This document shows positions 34,344-43,664 of a stretch of DNA of 64,000 bases, piece after piece. Numbering within the stretch: the stretch's first letter is position 1; every line of letters begins with the position of its first letter. The stretch is from Bacteroidales bacterium (GTDB taxonomy: Bacteria; Bacteroidota; Bacteroidia; Bacteroidales; WCHB1-69). Under the pieces are notes generated by a model, which did not search any database, was not told the origin of the DNA, and worked only from the letters and a program-made list of their open reading frames with translations. Both the position numbers and the translations under genes were made by a program. The DNA lies in contig JAILCI010000024.1 in assembly GCA_024686335.1 (NCBI GenBank), positions 50,024 to 114,023 of the forward strand, read 5' to 3'.

Positions 34344-35393
34344 ATGAAAAAGTTATTTCTCATCATATTATCCTTATTCTCAGTCACTTTGTTCGCTCAG
34401 GTCGACACTGCCAACATCAACAAGAAGGACGCCTCGGGTCGCAAACAGGGTGCATGGGTTAAGTATGAGGATGGTAAGCTGGCATATAAGGGCCAGTTCC
34501 GTAATGATGTCCCCTATGGCACCTTTAGATACTATCATACAGATGGTACATTGAAGAGCGAGACTGAGTTTGTGGAAGGTGTCCACAAGGTAAAGACTAC
34601 CATGTATCACAAAAATGGTAAAAAGGCTTCCGAGGGCCATTTTGTTGACCAACTGAAGGACGGTCAGTGGCTTTACTATTCCAACCAGGGCGTGCTCGTC
34701 ACCGAAGAGAACTACATTCGTGGAGTCCGTAACGGCGATTGGAAGATTTACTCTGCCCAATCGGGTGTATTGCTGGAAGAGCGTCACTATCTTAATGGTC
34801 ATCTGAATGGTGTCCATAAGACCTATTACGAGGATGGAAATGTCTGTCTGGAAGAGAACTACATCGATGGCCACCAGAATGGACGCTGCACTTCGTACTA
34901 TCCTACCCAGAAGGTCTCTTCGACGGGTGAGATGTTGAAAGGCCATCGTATTGGCGACTGGGATTTCTATGATTCTAATGGTAAGGCTCGTTCCACCATC
35001 CACTATGAAGATGGCAGGGATACCAAGCATTACATTTACCTCTATAGAATGGGGGTAGGGCAGAAGCTTAATCAAGATCTCGTGGCCTACTTCTTGAAAA
35101 AAGATGATCAAACCACTCAGGTGGTACTGCATAACGGCAAGAAACTCTTGATTGACGAGTCTTTAGAGGATGTCGAGACATGGGCGGATTTCCTCGTTTT
35201 CACTCGAATCTCTCCTCGTATCATTTCCTCCAATGAGGCTATTGTCGGTTATAAGCCGGTTGATGAAGATGATGCTGGCGAGGATGCCATCATCGTCAAA
35301 CTGCGCCCCAGACCCGATGAGGAGATCTATACAGAAGGCGTTTATGCCAAGATGATCAAAAACTTGTTTAACACATCTATGCCAGAAGAGTAG
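34344..35393 (+). CDS. Secreted MORN-variant repeat protein (YwqK-like)
   Basis: It has a signal peptide MKKLFLIILSLFSVTLFAQ. Repeats of the form G-x-W-x-x-Y-x-x-x-G are present (DGQWLYYSNQGV, NGDWKIYSAQSGV, IGDWDFYDSNGK). A TAttTTTG box lies at 34315-34322. Confidence 0.75.
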   Translation: MKKLFLIILSLFSVTLFAQVDTANINKKDASGRKQGAWVKYEDGKLAYKGQFRNDVPYGTFRYYHTDGTLKSETEFVEGVHKVKTTMYHKNGKKASEGHFVDQLKDGQWLYYSNQGVLVTEENYIRGVRNGDWKIYSAQSGVLLEERHYLNGHLNGVHKTYYEDGNVCLEENYIDGHQNGRCTSYYPTQKVSSTGEMLKGHRIGDWDFYDSNGKARSTIHYEDGRDTKHYIYLYRMGVGQKLNQDLVAYFLKKDDQTTQVVLHNGKKLLIDESLEDVETWADFLVFTRISPRIISSNEAIVGYKPVDEDDAGEDAIIVKLRPRPDEEIYTEGVYAKMIKNLFNTSMPEE

Positions 35394-35417
35394 TTGCTCT
35401 TTTGACTTTAAAATTAT

Positions 35418-36476
35418 TTGATTATGAGAAAATTATGGACGATTTTATTCGTTTTGTTACCTTTTGCGCTCTTTGCTCAGACAGAATATACTTTTAATGC
35501 CTATCGAGGCTTCATCTCTGGTGGTTATAATTTCTGGGTATCTGTTCCCGACACCTATCATGAGGGAGTTGATACGATGCCAGCCATCCTATTTCTGCAT
35601 GGACATAGTCTTTGCGGCACCGATCTTAATCGTGTGCGCAAGTATGGTTGTCTGGATGCTATTTCAATGGGTCGCGACATTAACGCTATCATCATCGCTC
35701 CGCAGAATCCTGGCGGCCCCTGGAATCCTGATAAGATCATGCAGGTGGTAGAGTATGTGCAGGAACATTATGATATTGACACTAACCGTATCTCCGTGGT
35801 TGGCATGAGTTTAGGCGGTTACGGGACTTTTGACCTTGCAGCATCATATCCCGATAAGTTCTCCGCAGCAATGCCTCTCTGTGGCGGTGGCACGCGCAAA
35901 GACTTCTGTGGACTCAACAAACTACCGTTGTGGATTATTCATGGCACAGCAGATAATGCTGTTAATATCTCCCAGTCGGAGAAGATCGTCAACGCCATGA
36001 AGGCCTGTGGTCCTACCGATTTGCTTCGTTTTGACCGTTTTAGTGGTGTCAATCACTCTCAATTAGCCAAGATGTTCTATATTCCCGATACGTACAGATG
36101 GCTTCTCAGTCACAATAAGAAAGATGGACGAATTTTGAATAAAGACATCTCCATTACTGTTTCCAGTTTAAGTTCCGCATATCAAAATATCGATCGCGCA
36201 TCCAACAAGATTACGGTGATTAATAAGGGCAAGAATCACGATGATGTTGTGGCAACTCCAACAACAACTCAGGAGAGCGCTAAGAGTTCAACATCTACAT
36301 CTAAGTCATCAACCCCTTCTAGCAGTAAAAAGCCTTCCGTTCATGTGGTCAAGAGAGGCGACACACTTTATTCAATCGCCAAAAGATATCACACCACTGT
36401 CGATAAGTTGTGTAAAATCAACCATATCAAGGAGACTAGCATTTTATCTTTGGGACAGAAAATAAAATTACGCTAA
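35418..36476 (+). CDS. Secreted alpha/beta-hydrolase (esterase) with C-terminal LysM domain
   Basis: It has a signal peptide, the nucleophile elbow GMSLGGYGT, HGTADNAV, an S/T-rich linker and LysM HVVKRGDTLYSIAKRYHTTVDKLCKINHI. The start may be 35424. Confidence 0.8.
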   Translation: MIMRKLWTILFVLLPFALFAQTEYTFNAYRGFISGGYNFWVSVPDTYHEGVDTMPAILFLHGHSLCGTDLNRVRKYGCLDAISMGRDINAIIIAPQNPGGPWNPDKIMQVVEYVQEHYDIDTNRISVVGMSLGGYGTFDLAASYPDKFSAAMPLCGGGTRKDFCGLNKLPLWIIHGTADNAVNISQSEKIVNAMKACGPTDLLRFDRFSGVNHSQLAKMFYIPDTYRWLLSHNKKDGRILNKDISITVSSLSSAYQNIDRASNKITVINKGKNHDDVVATPTTTQESAKSSTSTSKSSTPSSSKKPSVHVVKRGDTLYSIAKRYHTTVDKLCKINHIKETSILSLGQKIKLR

Positions 36477-36569
36477 TTCAGGTAAAATTATAGAAAATTA
36501 TGTACATTTGCCACCAGGAAAACATCCCTTATTTTTTTATTTAACCATTACTAAATCAGAATTTTACCT

Positions 36570-38189
36570 ATGGATAAAGAGCGTACTGCCGAAAATTCCA
36601 AGACAGCTAAGACTGTCTCGTATAACAGAATTGAAAATTTATTAGGATCTACGGGGAAATTGACCCCGCAAGCAATTGAATTTGAGGAGGCGGTACTAGG
36701 TGGCCTGATGATTGACTCTGAGACAGTGAGCACCATTTTGGGCACCATCAACTTCCAGATGTTCTATAAAGAGGCGCATCAGCACATCTTCCAGGCTATA
36801 GAGCAGCTTTATCGTGCCGAGCAGCCTGTCGATCTGCTAACGGTTACCAACCAGTTGCGTAAAGACAAAATGTTGGATGTTGTAGGAGGCCCGGCTTATC
36901 TTGCTTCCCTCACCAATAAGATTTCATCATCGGCTAACATCGAATATCACGCTCGTATCGTGATGGAAAAGTATGTCCTTCGGGAGCTGATTAAGAACTG
37001 TAGTGCGATCATTGAAGATGCCTATGATGAATCTCAGGATGTGTTAGATCTGTTGGATAAATCGGAGACACGCATTTTTAGTATCATCGAGCAGAACTTC
37101 AAAAGAGATAGTAAACCCTTATATCAAGTTGTTCAGTCTACTTTGAAGGAGCTCACCGAGTTGCGTAATGCCGATTCTGATATGCATGGTGTGCCTTCCG
37201 GTATCCGAACCATTGACCAGAAAACTGGTGGATGGCAAAAGACAGACTTGATTATTTTGGCTGCTCGTCCAGGTATGGGTAAGACATCTTTCGTCTTGTC
37301 AGTGGCGCGTAACGCTGCTATCCAGTATGAAAAACCAGTTGCTTTCTTCTCATTGGAAATGTCCTCTCAACAGTTGGCACAGCGTCTTTTCTCCTTAGAG
37401 TCGGGTATCAACGCTGAGAAAATTGCTAAGGGTGATCTTACTGAAGATGAATGGGTACGATTGATGGAGAAAATCGGAAAGTTGGAAACCTCCAACCTTA
37501 TTATTGATGATACGCCCGCTATCTCTATTTTCGACCTTCGCGCAAAGTGTCGTCGTTTGAAGCATCAATATGATATTCAAATGATTGTTGTGGACTACTT
37601 GCAGCTGATGACTGTGGGTGGTGATAGTACTAAGAGCGGTAATCGTGAGCAGGAGATTAGCTACATCTCTCGTTCATTGAAGGCTCTGGCCAAAGACCTC
37701 AACGTCCCTGTCATTGCTCTGTCACAGTTGAGTCGTCAGACAGAGAACCGTGCTACTTCCAAGCGCCCTCAGTTGTCTGACCTTCGTGAGTCTGGTGCTA
37801 TTGAGCAGGATGCTGATATGGTATTATTCATCTATCGACCAGAGTATTATAAACTTGAAGTATTTGAGGATAATACACCTTCACAAGGCGTTGCAGAAAT
37901 CATCTTTGAGAAAAACCGTCACGGTAGTACGGGTGCTTTGCGTGTTCGATTCCAGTCACAGTATACCAAGTTCTCTGATCTTGATGAGGGTTATTTTGAT
38001 GAGTCGGAAACAGCACCGAATCCTGCAGCTGCTATGGCCGCTATGACAGCGATGATGCCAGGTATTCCTCATAATATGAACTTTGAAACTCAGGATTCTG
38101 CCATCAATGGTGATGATAATTCGTCAGCTTCTAATCCAGAGAATCCAGACACGCCACCATCAAATTTTAGCGAAGAATATCCGTTTTAA
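36570..38189 (+). CDS. dnaB: Replicative DNA helicase
   Basis: 539 aa. Motifs: PQAIEFEEAVLGGLM, Walker A ARPGMGKTSF, IVVDYLQLM, ALSQLSRQTENR and SDLRESGAIEQDADMV. A ~70-aa low-complexity acidic tail ends in NFSEEYPF. A TAcaTTTG box lies at 36503-36510. Confidence 0.93.
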   Translation: MDKERTAENSKTAKTVSYNRIENLLGSTGKLTPQAIEFEEAVLGGLMIDSETVSTILGTINFQMFYKEAHQHIFQAIEQLYRAEQPVDLLTVTNQLRKDKMLDVVGGPAYLASLTNKISSSANIEYHARIVMEKYVLRELIKNCSAIIEDAYDESQDVLDLLDKSETRIFSIIEQNFKRDSKPLYQVVQSTLKELTELRNADSDMHGVPSGIRTIDQKTGGWQKTDLIILAARPGMGKTSFVLSVARNAAIQYEKPVAFFSLEMSSQQLAQRLFSLESGINAEKIAKGDLTEDEWVRLMEKIGKLETSNLIIDDTPAISIFDLRAKCRRLKHQYDIQMIVVDYLQLMTVGGDSTKSGNREQEISYISRSLKALAKDLNVPVIALSQLSRQTENRATSKRPQLSDLRESGAIEQDADMVLFIYRPEYYKLEVFEDNTPSQGVAEIIFEKNRHGSTGALRVRFQSQYTKFSDLDEGYFDESETAPNPAAAMAAMTAMMPGIPHNMNFETQDSAINGDDNSSASNPENPDTPPSNFSEEYPF

Positions 38190-38209
38190 TCCATAAGATC
38201 TCTTTTAAG

Positions 38210-38743
38210 ATGAAAAAACTGTCGATGGAGGAGTTGAACCGCGTTACGCCGGAGCAGTTCAAGAGTCAGGATAAGTTTCCCATTATCATGGTGTTAGATA
38301 ATATCCGCAGTATGAATAATGTGGGTTCTGTCTTCCGTACTTGCGATGCGATGAATGTTGAAAAGCTCTATCTGTGCGGTATCACTGCTTGTCCTCCACA
38401 AAAGGAGATCGCCAAGACTGCTTTAGGGGCTACCGAGAGTGTTGATTGGGAGTATGCTGAAGATGCTGCTGCGTTGGCTCGTCGCTTAAAAGAGGAAGGG
38501 TATACAATTGCTATTGTGGAGCAGACGGATACTTCTGAGATGTTGCAAAATATTGATTTTAAGCAATATGGAAAGTTGTGTTTGGTTGTCGGTAACGAAG
38601 TGTTTGGCATTTCTGATGAACTTCTGCCTATCTGTGATCTTGCGGTGGAAATTCCTCAGTTTGGAACAAAACACTCTTTGAACGTCACTATTGCCGCAGG
38701 TATTGTGCTTTGGGAGGCAACCAGACAGATAGGGAATCTATAG
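38210..38743 (+). CDS. TrmH/SpoU-family RNA 2'-O-methyltransferase
   Basis: 177 aa. Motifs: VLDNIRSMNNVGSVFRTCDA, LVVGNEVFGIS and IPQFGTKHSLNVTIAAGIVLWE. Confidence 0.85.
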   Translation: MKKLSMEELNRVTPEQFKSQDKFPIIMVLDNIRSMNNVGSVFRTCDAMNVEKLYLCGITACPPQKEIAKTALGATESVDWEYAEDAAALARRLKEEGYTIAIVEQTDTSEMLQNIDFKQYGKLCLVVGNEVFGISDELLPICDLAVEIPQFGTKHSLNVTIAAGIVLWEATRQIGNL

Positions 38744-38869
38744 TTTTTGCCTGTTTCTGTTCATAATTTTTTTTGTAACAGTACGATAGATAATCCATTT
38801 TTTCTATTTTTGCACTTTCTCGCTTTTTTTAGGCGAGCCTGTTCTATTAACCTGTGTAAATTTAGATTT

Positions 38870-39073
38870 ATGATGACATTATTACGCATTGGTACAACGG
38901 AGATTATCGTTATCATCCTGATTGTCCTGCTGCTTTTTGGCGGCAAAAAGATTCCCGAGCTGATGAAAGGTCTTGGCAAGGGCGTCCGTAGTTTTAAGGA
39001 TGGCATGAATGAGACCGATAAAGTGGGGGAGGAGCCTGAGAAAAAAGACGATACTAACACCGATCCTCAATAA
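38870..39073 (+). CDS. tatA: Twin-arginine translocase subunit TatA/E
   Basis: The in-frame ATG at 38870 gives [45 protein letters not shown]. The upstream part of the track ORF (from 38747) is implausible. Confidence 0.85.
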   Translation: MMTLLRIGTTEIIVIILIVLLLFGGKKIPELMKGLGKGVRSFKDGMNETDKVGEEPEKKDDTNTDPQ

Positions 39074-39861
39074 TGAGTTCGGACGCGTCGCCCTCGTTCT
39101 GGGACCATCTCGACGAGCTTCGCTCCGTCATCATCCGTTCACTGATAGTCTGGGCGGTCTGTTTTGTCGTGCTCTTCGTATTGAAGAAGGTTCTCTTCAC
39201 ACTTCTTTTTGCTCCGGCGACTTCTGACTTTATCTCCTATCGGTTAATGTGTCGGTTCTCCGAGTGGCTGCATATCCCGGCGCTCTGTCCCGATGCTTTC
39301 GACATCTCTTTCATCAACGTGGAGCTGTCGGCGCAGTTCGTGGTGCACATACAGGCTGCCTTTTGGGGCGGTCTGCTGCTTGCCTCACCGTACATCGTCT
39401 ATCAGCTTTATAGCTTTGTACTTCCCGCCCTTTATGATAGGGAGCGTCGCTATGCCAGCTCTGTGATGGTTAGTGCGATACTGCTCTTTCTCTGTGGCGT
39501 GCTGCTCAACTACTTCATCATCTTCCCGTTTACTTTCCGCTTTCTAAGTACTTACCAGGTCTATGAAGGTGTTGTCAACCAGATATCTCTGACATCCTAT
39601 ATCGGCTCTATACTCTCGATGAGTCTCATTATGGGACTCTTGTTCGAGATTCCGATTGTGGCCTACTTCCTGGCTCGCATGGGGGTCGTCACGGCCGACA
39701 TGCTGCGCCACTACCGTCGTCACGCCATCGTCGCCATCGTGATCCTGGCGGCGGTCATCACCCCGACAGGCGATGCCTTTACCCTGATGCTCGTTTCCGT
39801 TCCCATCTGGCTGTTGTACGAACTGAGCGTGATGATTGTGAAGAGAAATGAACAGACATGA
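39073..39861 (+). CDS. tatC: Twin-arginine translocase subunit TatC
   Basis: 262 aa. FWDHLDELRSVIIRSL, six TMs, ITPTGDAFTLM. The start overlaps the tatA stop (TAATG). Confidence 0.9.
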   Translation: MSSDASPSFWDHLDELRSVIIRSLIVWAVCFVVLFVLKKVLFTLLFAPATSDFISYRLMCRFSEWLHIPALCPDAFDISFINVELSAQFVVHIQAAFWGGLLLASPYIVYQLYSFVLPALYDRERRYASSVMVSAILLFLCGVLLNYFIIFPFTFRFLSTYQVYEGVVNQISLTSYIGSILSMSLIMGLLFEIPIVAYFLARMGVVTADMLRHYRRHAIVAIVILAAVITPTGDAFTLMLVSVPIWLLYELSVMIVKRNEQT

Positions 39862-39863
39862 GG

Positions 39864-39937
39864 GAGACGTTCCATGGAACGTCTCTACAAAGTGACCCCG
39901 CACTACAACTGACAACTGAAAATTGAAAATTGAAAAC
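39864..39937 (+). repeat. Composite intergenic repeat copy (palindrome + arm + 8-mers)
   Basis: GAGACGTTCCATGGAACGTCTC at 39864-39885 starts 3 nt after the tatC stop. TACAAAGTGACCCCGCAC follows at 39886-39903, then CAACTGA/AATTGAAA 8-mers to 39937. Confidence 0.9.
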
Positions 39938-39957
39938 TAACATCAAACATTTACTAT

Positions 39958-41427
39958 ATGCTTAAAAAAATCAGAACAACTTTAGCCATCGTGATGCTGG
40001 TCTTGGTCACGCTCCTCTTCTTAGGTGTGAGTTGGCGCATCAATCTGTGGTTCGGCTTTGTGGCGAAGATTCAATTCCTGCCCGCCGTACTCTCCTTCAA
40101 TGTGGCCGTCATCATCCTGTTGCTGCTCTTGACACTTGTCTTCGGACGTATCTATTGCAGTGTTATCTGCCCATTGGGCATCATGCAGGACTGCTTCTCA
40201 TGGTTGCATGGAAAATTCAAAAAGGACCGTTTCTCCTATTCACCGGAGAAGAAATGGCTGCGCTATCCGATCCTGGCCATCTTTGTGGTACTGCTGATTA
40301 TAGGTGTTGCACCCGCTACAACACTCTTGGCTCCATATAGCGCATATGGACGTATCGTCAACAGTCTTTTTAAACCATTGTACGATCTTTTGAACAATGC
40401 ATTGGCTCATTTTGAAGCACAACATAACCTCTATAATTTCTCGGAGGCGGAGATCTGGATGCGCAGTGTGACCACCTTTGTTGTCGCTATCGTCACATTG
40501 GTGGTGTTGGCAGTATTGGCTTGGCGTCATGGACGTACCTACTGCAACACTATCTGTCCGGTGGGAACGTTTCTCAGCTTTGTCTCTCGTTTCTCAATTC
40601 TCCGTGTGCATTTTGATAGTGATAAGTGCAAACAGTGTGGCCTGTGCTCCAAAAACTGCAAAGCTTCTGCCATTGATTTTAAGAATATGCAGATAGACTA
40701 CTCGAGATGTGTGGTCTGTGGCGATTGTCTGGAGAAGTGCAATTTCGATGCCTTGCATTATGGACGGATGCCAAAGGTTGTTGCTGAGCCTGTCCAGGTA
40801 GATAAGCCGGTTGATGAGAGCCGTCGTTCATTTCTGATAGGTGCTGGTATTATGACAGCAGCTGTTGCTACTGCCCAATCGAAAGTCAAGGTCGATGGAG
40901 GTTTGGCAGCCATTGAGGATAAGGTGGCTCCAGAACGTAAACAACTCATTACGCCTCCAGGTTCTATCTCTGTTCAGAATATGAATAACCATTGTACCGC
41001 TTGCCAACTCTGTGTTTCTGCATGTCCGAACAACGTCTTGCGTCCTTCTAAAGGTTTGTCAACCTTTATGCAGCCAGAGATGTCTTTTGAGCGCGGTTAT
41101 TGCCGTCCGGAATGCACGCGTTGTAGTCAAGTGTGTCCGACAGGTGCCATTCGTCCTATCACCCCAGAAGAGAAGACGGAGATCCATGCCGGTTATGCTG
41201 TTTGGTTGAAGGAGAACTGTCTTCCGTTGACTGATGGCGTGAGTTGTGGCAACTGTGCACGGCATTGTCCCACTGGTGCTATTCAGATGGTTGACCACGA
41301 GGGTGTGCAAGTCCCTTCTATCGATACGACCAAATGTATCGGTTGTGGTGCGTGCGAGAACCTTTGCCCAGCGCGTCCCTTCAGCGCCATCTATGTGGAG
41401 GGCAACATTATGCATCATTTACAATAA
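39958..41427 (+). CDS. Membrane-bound polyferredoxin (NapH/MauN-like N-terminus, multiple 4Fe-4S motifs)
   Basis: 489 aa. TM segments carry CSVICPLG and CNTICPVG. Cys clusters follow: CKQCGLCSKNC, CVVCGDCLEKC, CTACQLCVSACP, CTRCSQVCP, CGNCARHCP and CIGCGACENLCP. Confidence 0.8.
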   Translation: MLKKIRTTLAIVMLVLVTLLFLGVSWRINLWFGFVAKIQFLPAVLSFNVAVIILLLLLTLVFGRIYCSVICPLGIMQDCFSWLHGKFKKDRFSYSPEKKWLRYPILAIFVVLLIIGVAPATTLLAPYSAYGRIVNSLFKPLYDLLNNALAHFEAQHNLYNFSEAEIWMRSVTTFVVAIVTLVVLAVLAWRHGRTYCNTICPVGTFLSFVSRFSILRVHFDSDKCKQCGLCSKNCKASAIDFKNMQIDYSRCVVCGDCLEKCNFDALHYGRMPKVVAEPVQVDKPVDESRRSFLIGAGIMTAAVATAQSKVKVDGGLAAIEDKVAPERKQLITPPGSISVQNMNNHCTACQLCVSACPNNVLRPSKGLSTFMQPEMSFERGYCRPECTRCSQVCPTGAIRPITPEEKTEIHAGYAVWLKENCLPLTDGVSCGNCARHCPTGAIQMVDHEGVQVPSIDTTKCIGCGACENLCPARPFSAIYVEGNIMHHLQ

Positions 41428-41448
41428 CCTTTAGCAAAAAATTACACT

Positions 41449-42843
41449 ATGGATAGAAGAGATTTTTTAAAACATCTGGGCGGTGCAGCTGCTGCGGCAT
41501 CTCTGTTGGCAGCCTGCAAGAAACCGGAGAGTCCTGAGCAAGGTACAACAACCATTGATGGACAGGGTTCCATGACCTACCGCACCAATCATAATACTGG
41601 CGACAAGGTTTCATTATTAGGATATGGCATGATGCGTTTGCCCGTGGAGGCTGGCGGTACCATGCGCGAAAACCCCGATTCGCCTATAGACCAAGAGATG
41701 GTGAACCAGCAAGTTGACTATGCTCTGGAGCATGGCGTCAACTACTTTGATACTGCCCCGGTATATTGCCAGGGTAAGTCGGAAGGCAGTACGGGCATCG
41801 CTCTTTCGCGTCACCCTCGTGACAGCTATTTTATTGCTACCAAAATGTCCAACCAGAACCCCGCCTCATGGGACAAGCAATCTTCAATGGATATTTTTGA
41901 GAATTCATTGAAAGAGTTAAGAACCGACTATGTTGACTACCTGCTTCTGCACAGTGTAGGTATGCCTTCCAAGGATAAGGATGCTTTGGCAGTGTTCAAT
42001 GGTCGTTTCATGGACAACGGCATTTTGGATTGGCTGGTGGAACAGAAAAAAAACGGACGTATCCGCAATCTCGGTTTTTCCTATCATGGAGATGTCTCCA
42101 TCTTTGACATGCTCTTAAAATGGCACGACCAAGGTAAATATCATTGGGATTTCGTTCAGATAGAGCTCAACTACCTGGATTGGAACTATGCAGATGAAAT
42201 TAACGAGCGTAATACAGATGCAGTATATCTCTATAATGAGTTGCAGAGACGCAATATTCCTTCTGTTATCATGGAGCCTCTTTTAGGTGGACGTTTGGCT
42301 ACGTTGCCTGATTATATCGTTAAACGTATGCAGGAGCGCGAACCGGAGACTCCGGCGGCTCGCTGGGCTTTCCGTTTTGCCGGAACTCCTGAAGGCGTTT
42401 TGACAGTTCTTAGCGGTATGAGCTATATGGAGCATCTCATTGAAAATGTGGCTACCTATTCACCTTTGCGCCCTATTACGGAAGATGAGAATGCCTTCCT
42501 GATGCAGATTGCCGATGAAATCTACAATCTGAAAAGTATCCCTTGCACTACGTGCAGTTACTGTATGCCGTGCCCATACGGACTTAATATCCCCGCGATT
42601 TTTGCCCACTATAACAAGTGTATATCTGAAGGTAATGTTCCAAACCCGGAGCATCCCACATCTACCTACAACAAAGCACGTCGAGCCTTCCTGATCGGCT
42701 ATGATCGTAGTGTCCCGAAACTGCGTCAGTCAAGTCATTGCATCGGCTGTAACCATTGTGTCCCTCACTGCCCGCAACGTATCGACATTCCCGCCGAAAT
42801 GCGCCGGATTGACGAATATGTGGAGCAACTGAAACGCTCTTGA
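41449..42843 (+). CDS. Tat-signal aldo/keto reductase with C-terminal Fe-S domain
   Basis: The N-terminus is MDRRDFLKHLGGAAAAASLLAAC (twin-arginine plus lipobox-like). The AKR core is GVNYFDTAPVYCQGKSE. The C-terminus is CTTCSYCMPCP and CIGCNHCVPHCP. Confidence 0.8.
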   Translation: MDRRDFLKHLGGAAAAASLLAACKKPESPEQGTTTIDGQGSMTYRTNHNTGDKVSLLGYGMMRLPVEAGGTMRENPDSPIDQEMVNQQVDYALEHGVNYFDTAPVYCQGKSEGSTGIALSRHPRDSYFIATKMSNQNPASWDKQSSMDIFENSLKELRTDYVDYLLLHSVGMPSKDKDALAVFNGRFMDNGILDWLVEQKKNGRIRNLGFSYHGDVSIFDMLLKWHDQGKYHWDFVQIELNYLDWNYADEINERNTDAVYLYNELQRRNIPSVIMEPLLGGRLATLPDYIVKRMQEREPETPAARWAFRFAGTPEGVLTVLSGMSYMEHLIENVATYSPLRPITEDENAFLMQIADEIYNLKSIPCTTCSYCMPCPYGLNIPAIFAHYNKCISEGNVPNPEHPTSTYNKARRAFLIGYDRSVPKLRQSSHCIGCNHCVPHCPQRIDIPAEMRRIDEYVEQLKRS

Positions 42844-42896
42844 CAACTTGTTGATAATTTTGTATCTTTGCCCGTTTTTTTGTAAAGATACACTAA

Positions 42897-43643
42897 ATGC
42901 TCAAGGATAAGAAAATATGTGTGGTGTTGCCTGCCTACAACGCAGCCATGACGCTCCAAAAAACTTATGAGGAGATTCCCATGCATATTGTCGATGAGGT
43001 AATCCTTGTAGATGACCATTCTAATGATGATACGATAGAAGTGGCCAAGCGTCTTGGCATTCAACATATCATCCATCATGCTGAAAATAAGGGATATGGC
43101 GCTAATCAGAAGAGCTGCTACAATAAGGCTCTTGAACTGAATGCGGATGTGGTAATTATGCTGCATCCAGACTATCAGTATACTCCCAAGCTTATTGAGT
43201 CTATGGCCTACTTGATTGTGAATGAAGTCTATCCCGTAGTACTCGGTTCCCGCATCTTGGGCAAGGGCGCTATCCGTGGTGGAATGCCCCGCTATAAGTA
43301 TTTTTTCAACCGTTGTCTCACCTTTTTCCAGAATCTGGTCATGAACCAGAAGCTCTCGGAATACCATACGGGATACCGTGCCTTCTCCAGTGACATCCTC
43401 CGGAAGATTAACTATATGGCCAACTCTGATGATTTCGTCTTCGATAACCAGATGCTGGCGCAGATCTTCTATACGGGTGCTGAGATTGCTGAGATCACCT
43501 GCCCGACGAAGTATTTCCCTGAAGCATCTTCTATCAATTTCCGCAGAAGTGCCAAATACGGTCTTGGTGTTCTTTGGACATCCTTGCAGTATCGTTTGCA
43601 GAAGTGGCATCTGGCCCATTTTTCCATTTTTGAAGGTAAATAG
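42897..43643 (+). CDS. Family-2 glycosyltransferase (polyprenol-phosphate sugar transferase-like)
   Basis: 248 aa. Motifs: ICVVLPAYNAAMTL, ILVDDHSNDDT and HPDYQY. A TAtcTTTG box lies at 42863-42870. Confidence 0.8.
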   Translation: MLKDKKICVVLPAYNAAMTLQKTYEEIPMHIVDEVILVDDHSNDDTIEVAKRLGIQHIIHHAENKGYGANQKSCYNKALELNADVVIMLHPDYQYTPKLIESMAYLIVNEVYPVVLGSRILGKGAIRGGMPRYKYFFNRCLTFFQNLVMNQKLSEYHTGYRAFSSDILRKINYMANSDDFVFDNQMLAQIFYTGAEIAEITCPTKYFPEASSINFRRSAKYGLGVLWTSLQYRLQKWHLAHFSIFEGK

Positions 43644-43664
43644 AAATATCAAATATATAAATTT

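Noticed and set aside
39864-39885. The palindrome arms CGTCTC/GAGACG as deliberate type IIS (BsmBI/Esp3I-type) restriction sites indicating a linked R-M system.
   Set aside because: There is no restriction or methylase gene in the window. The hexamer is simply part of a longer conserved hairpin. The coincidence is not evidence of function.
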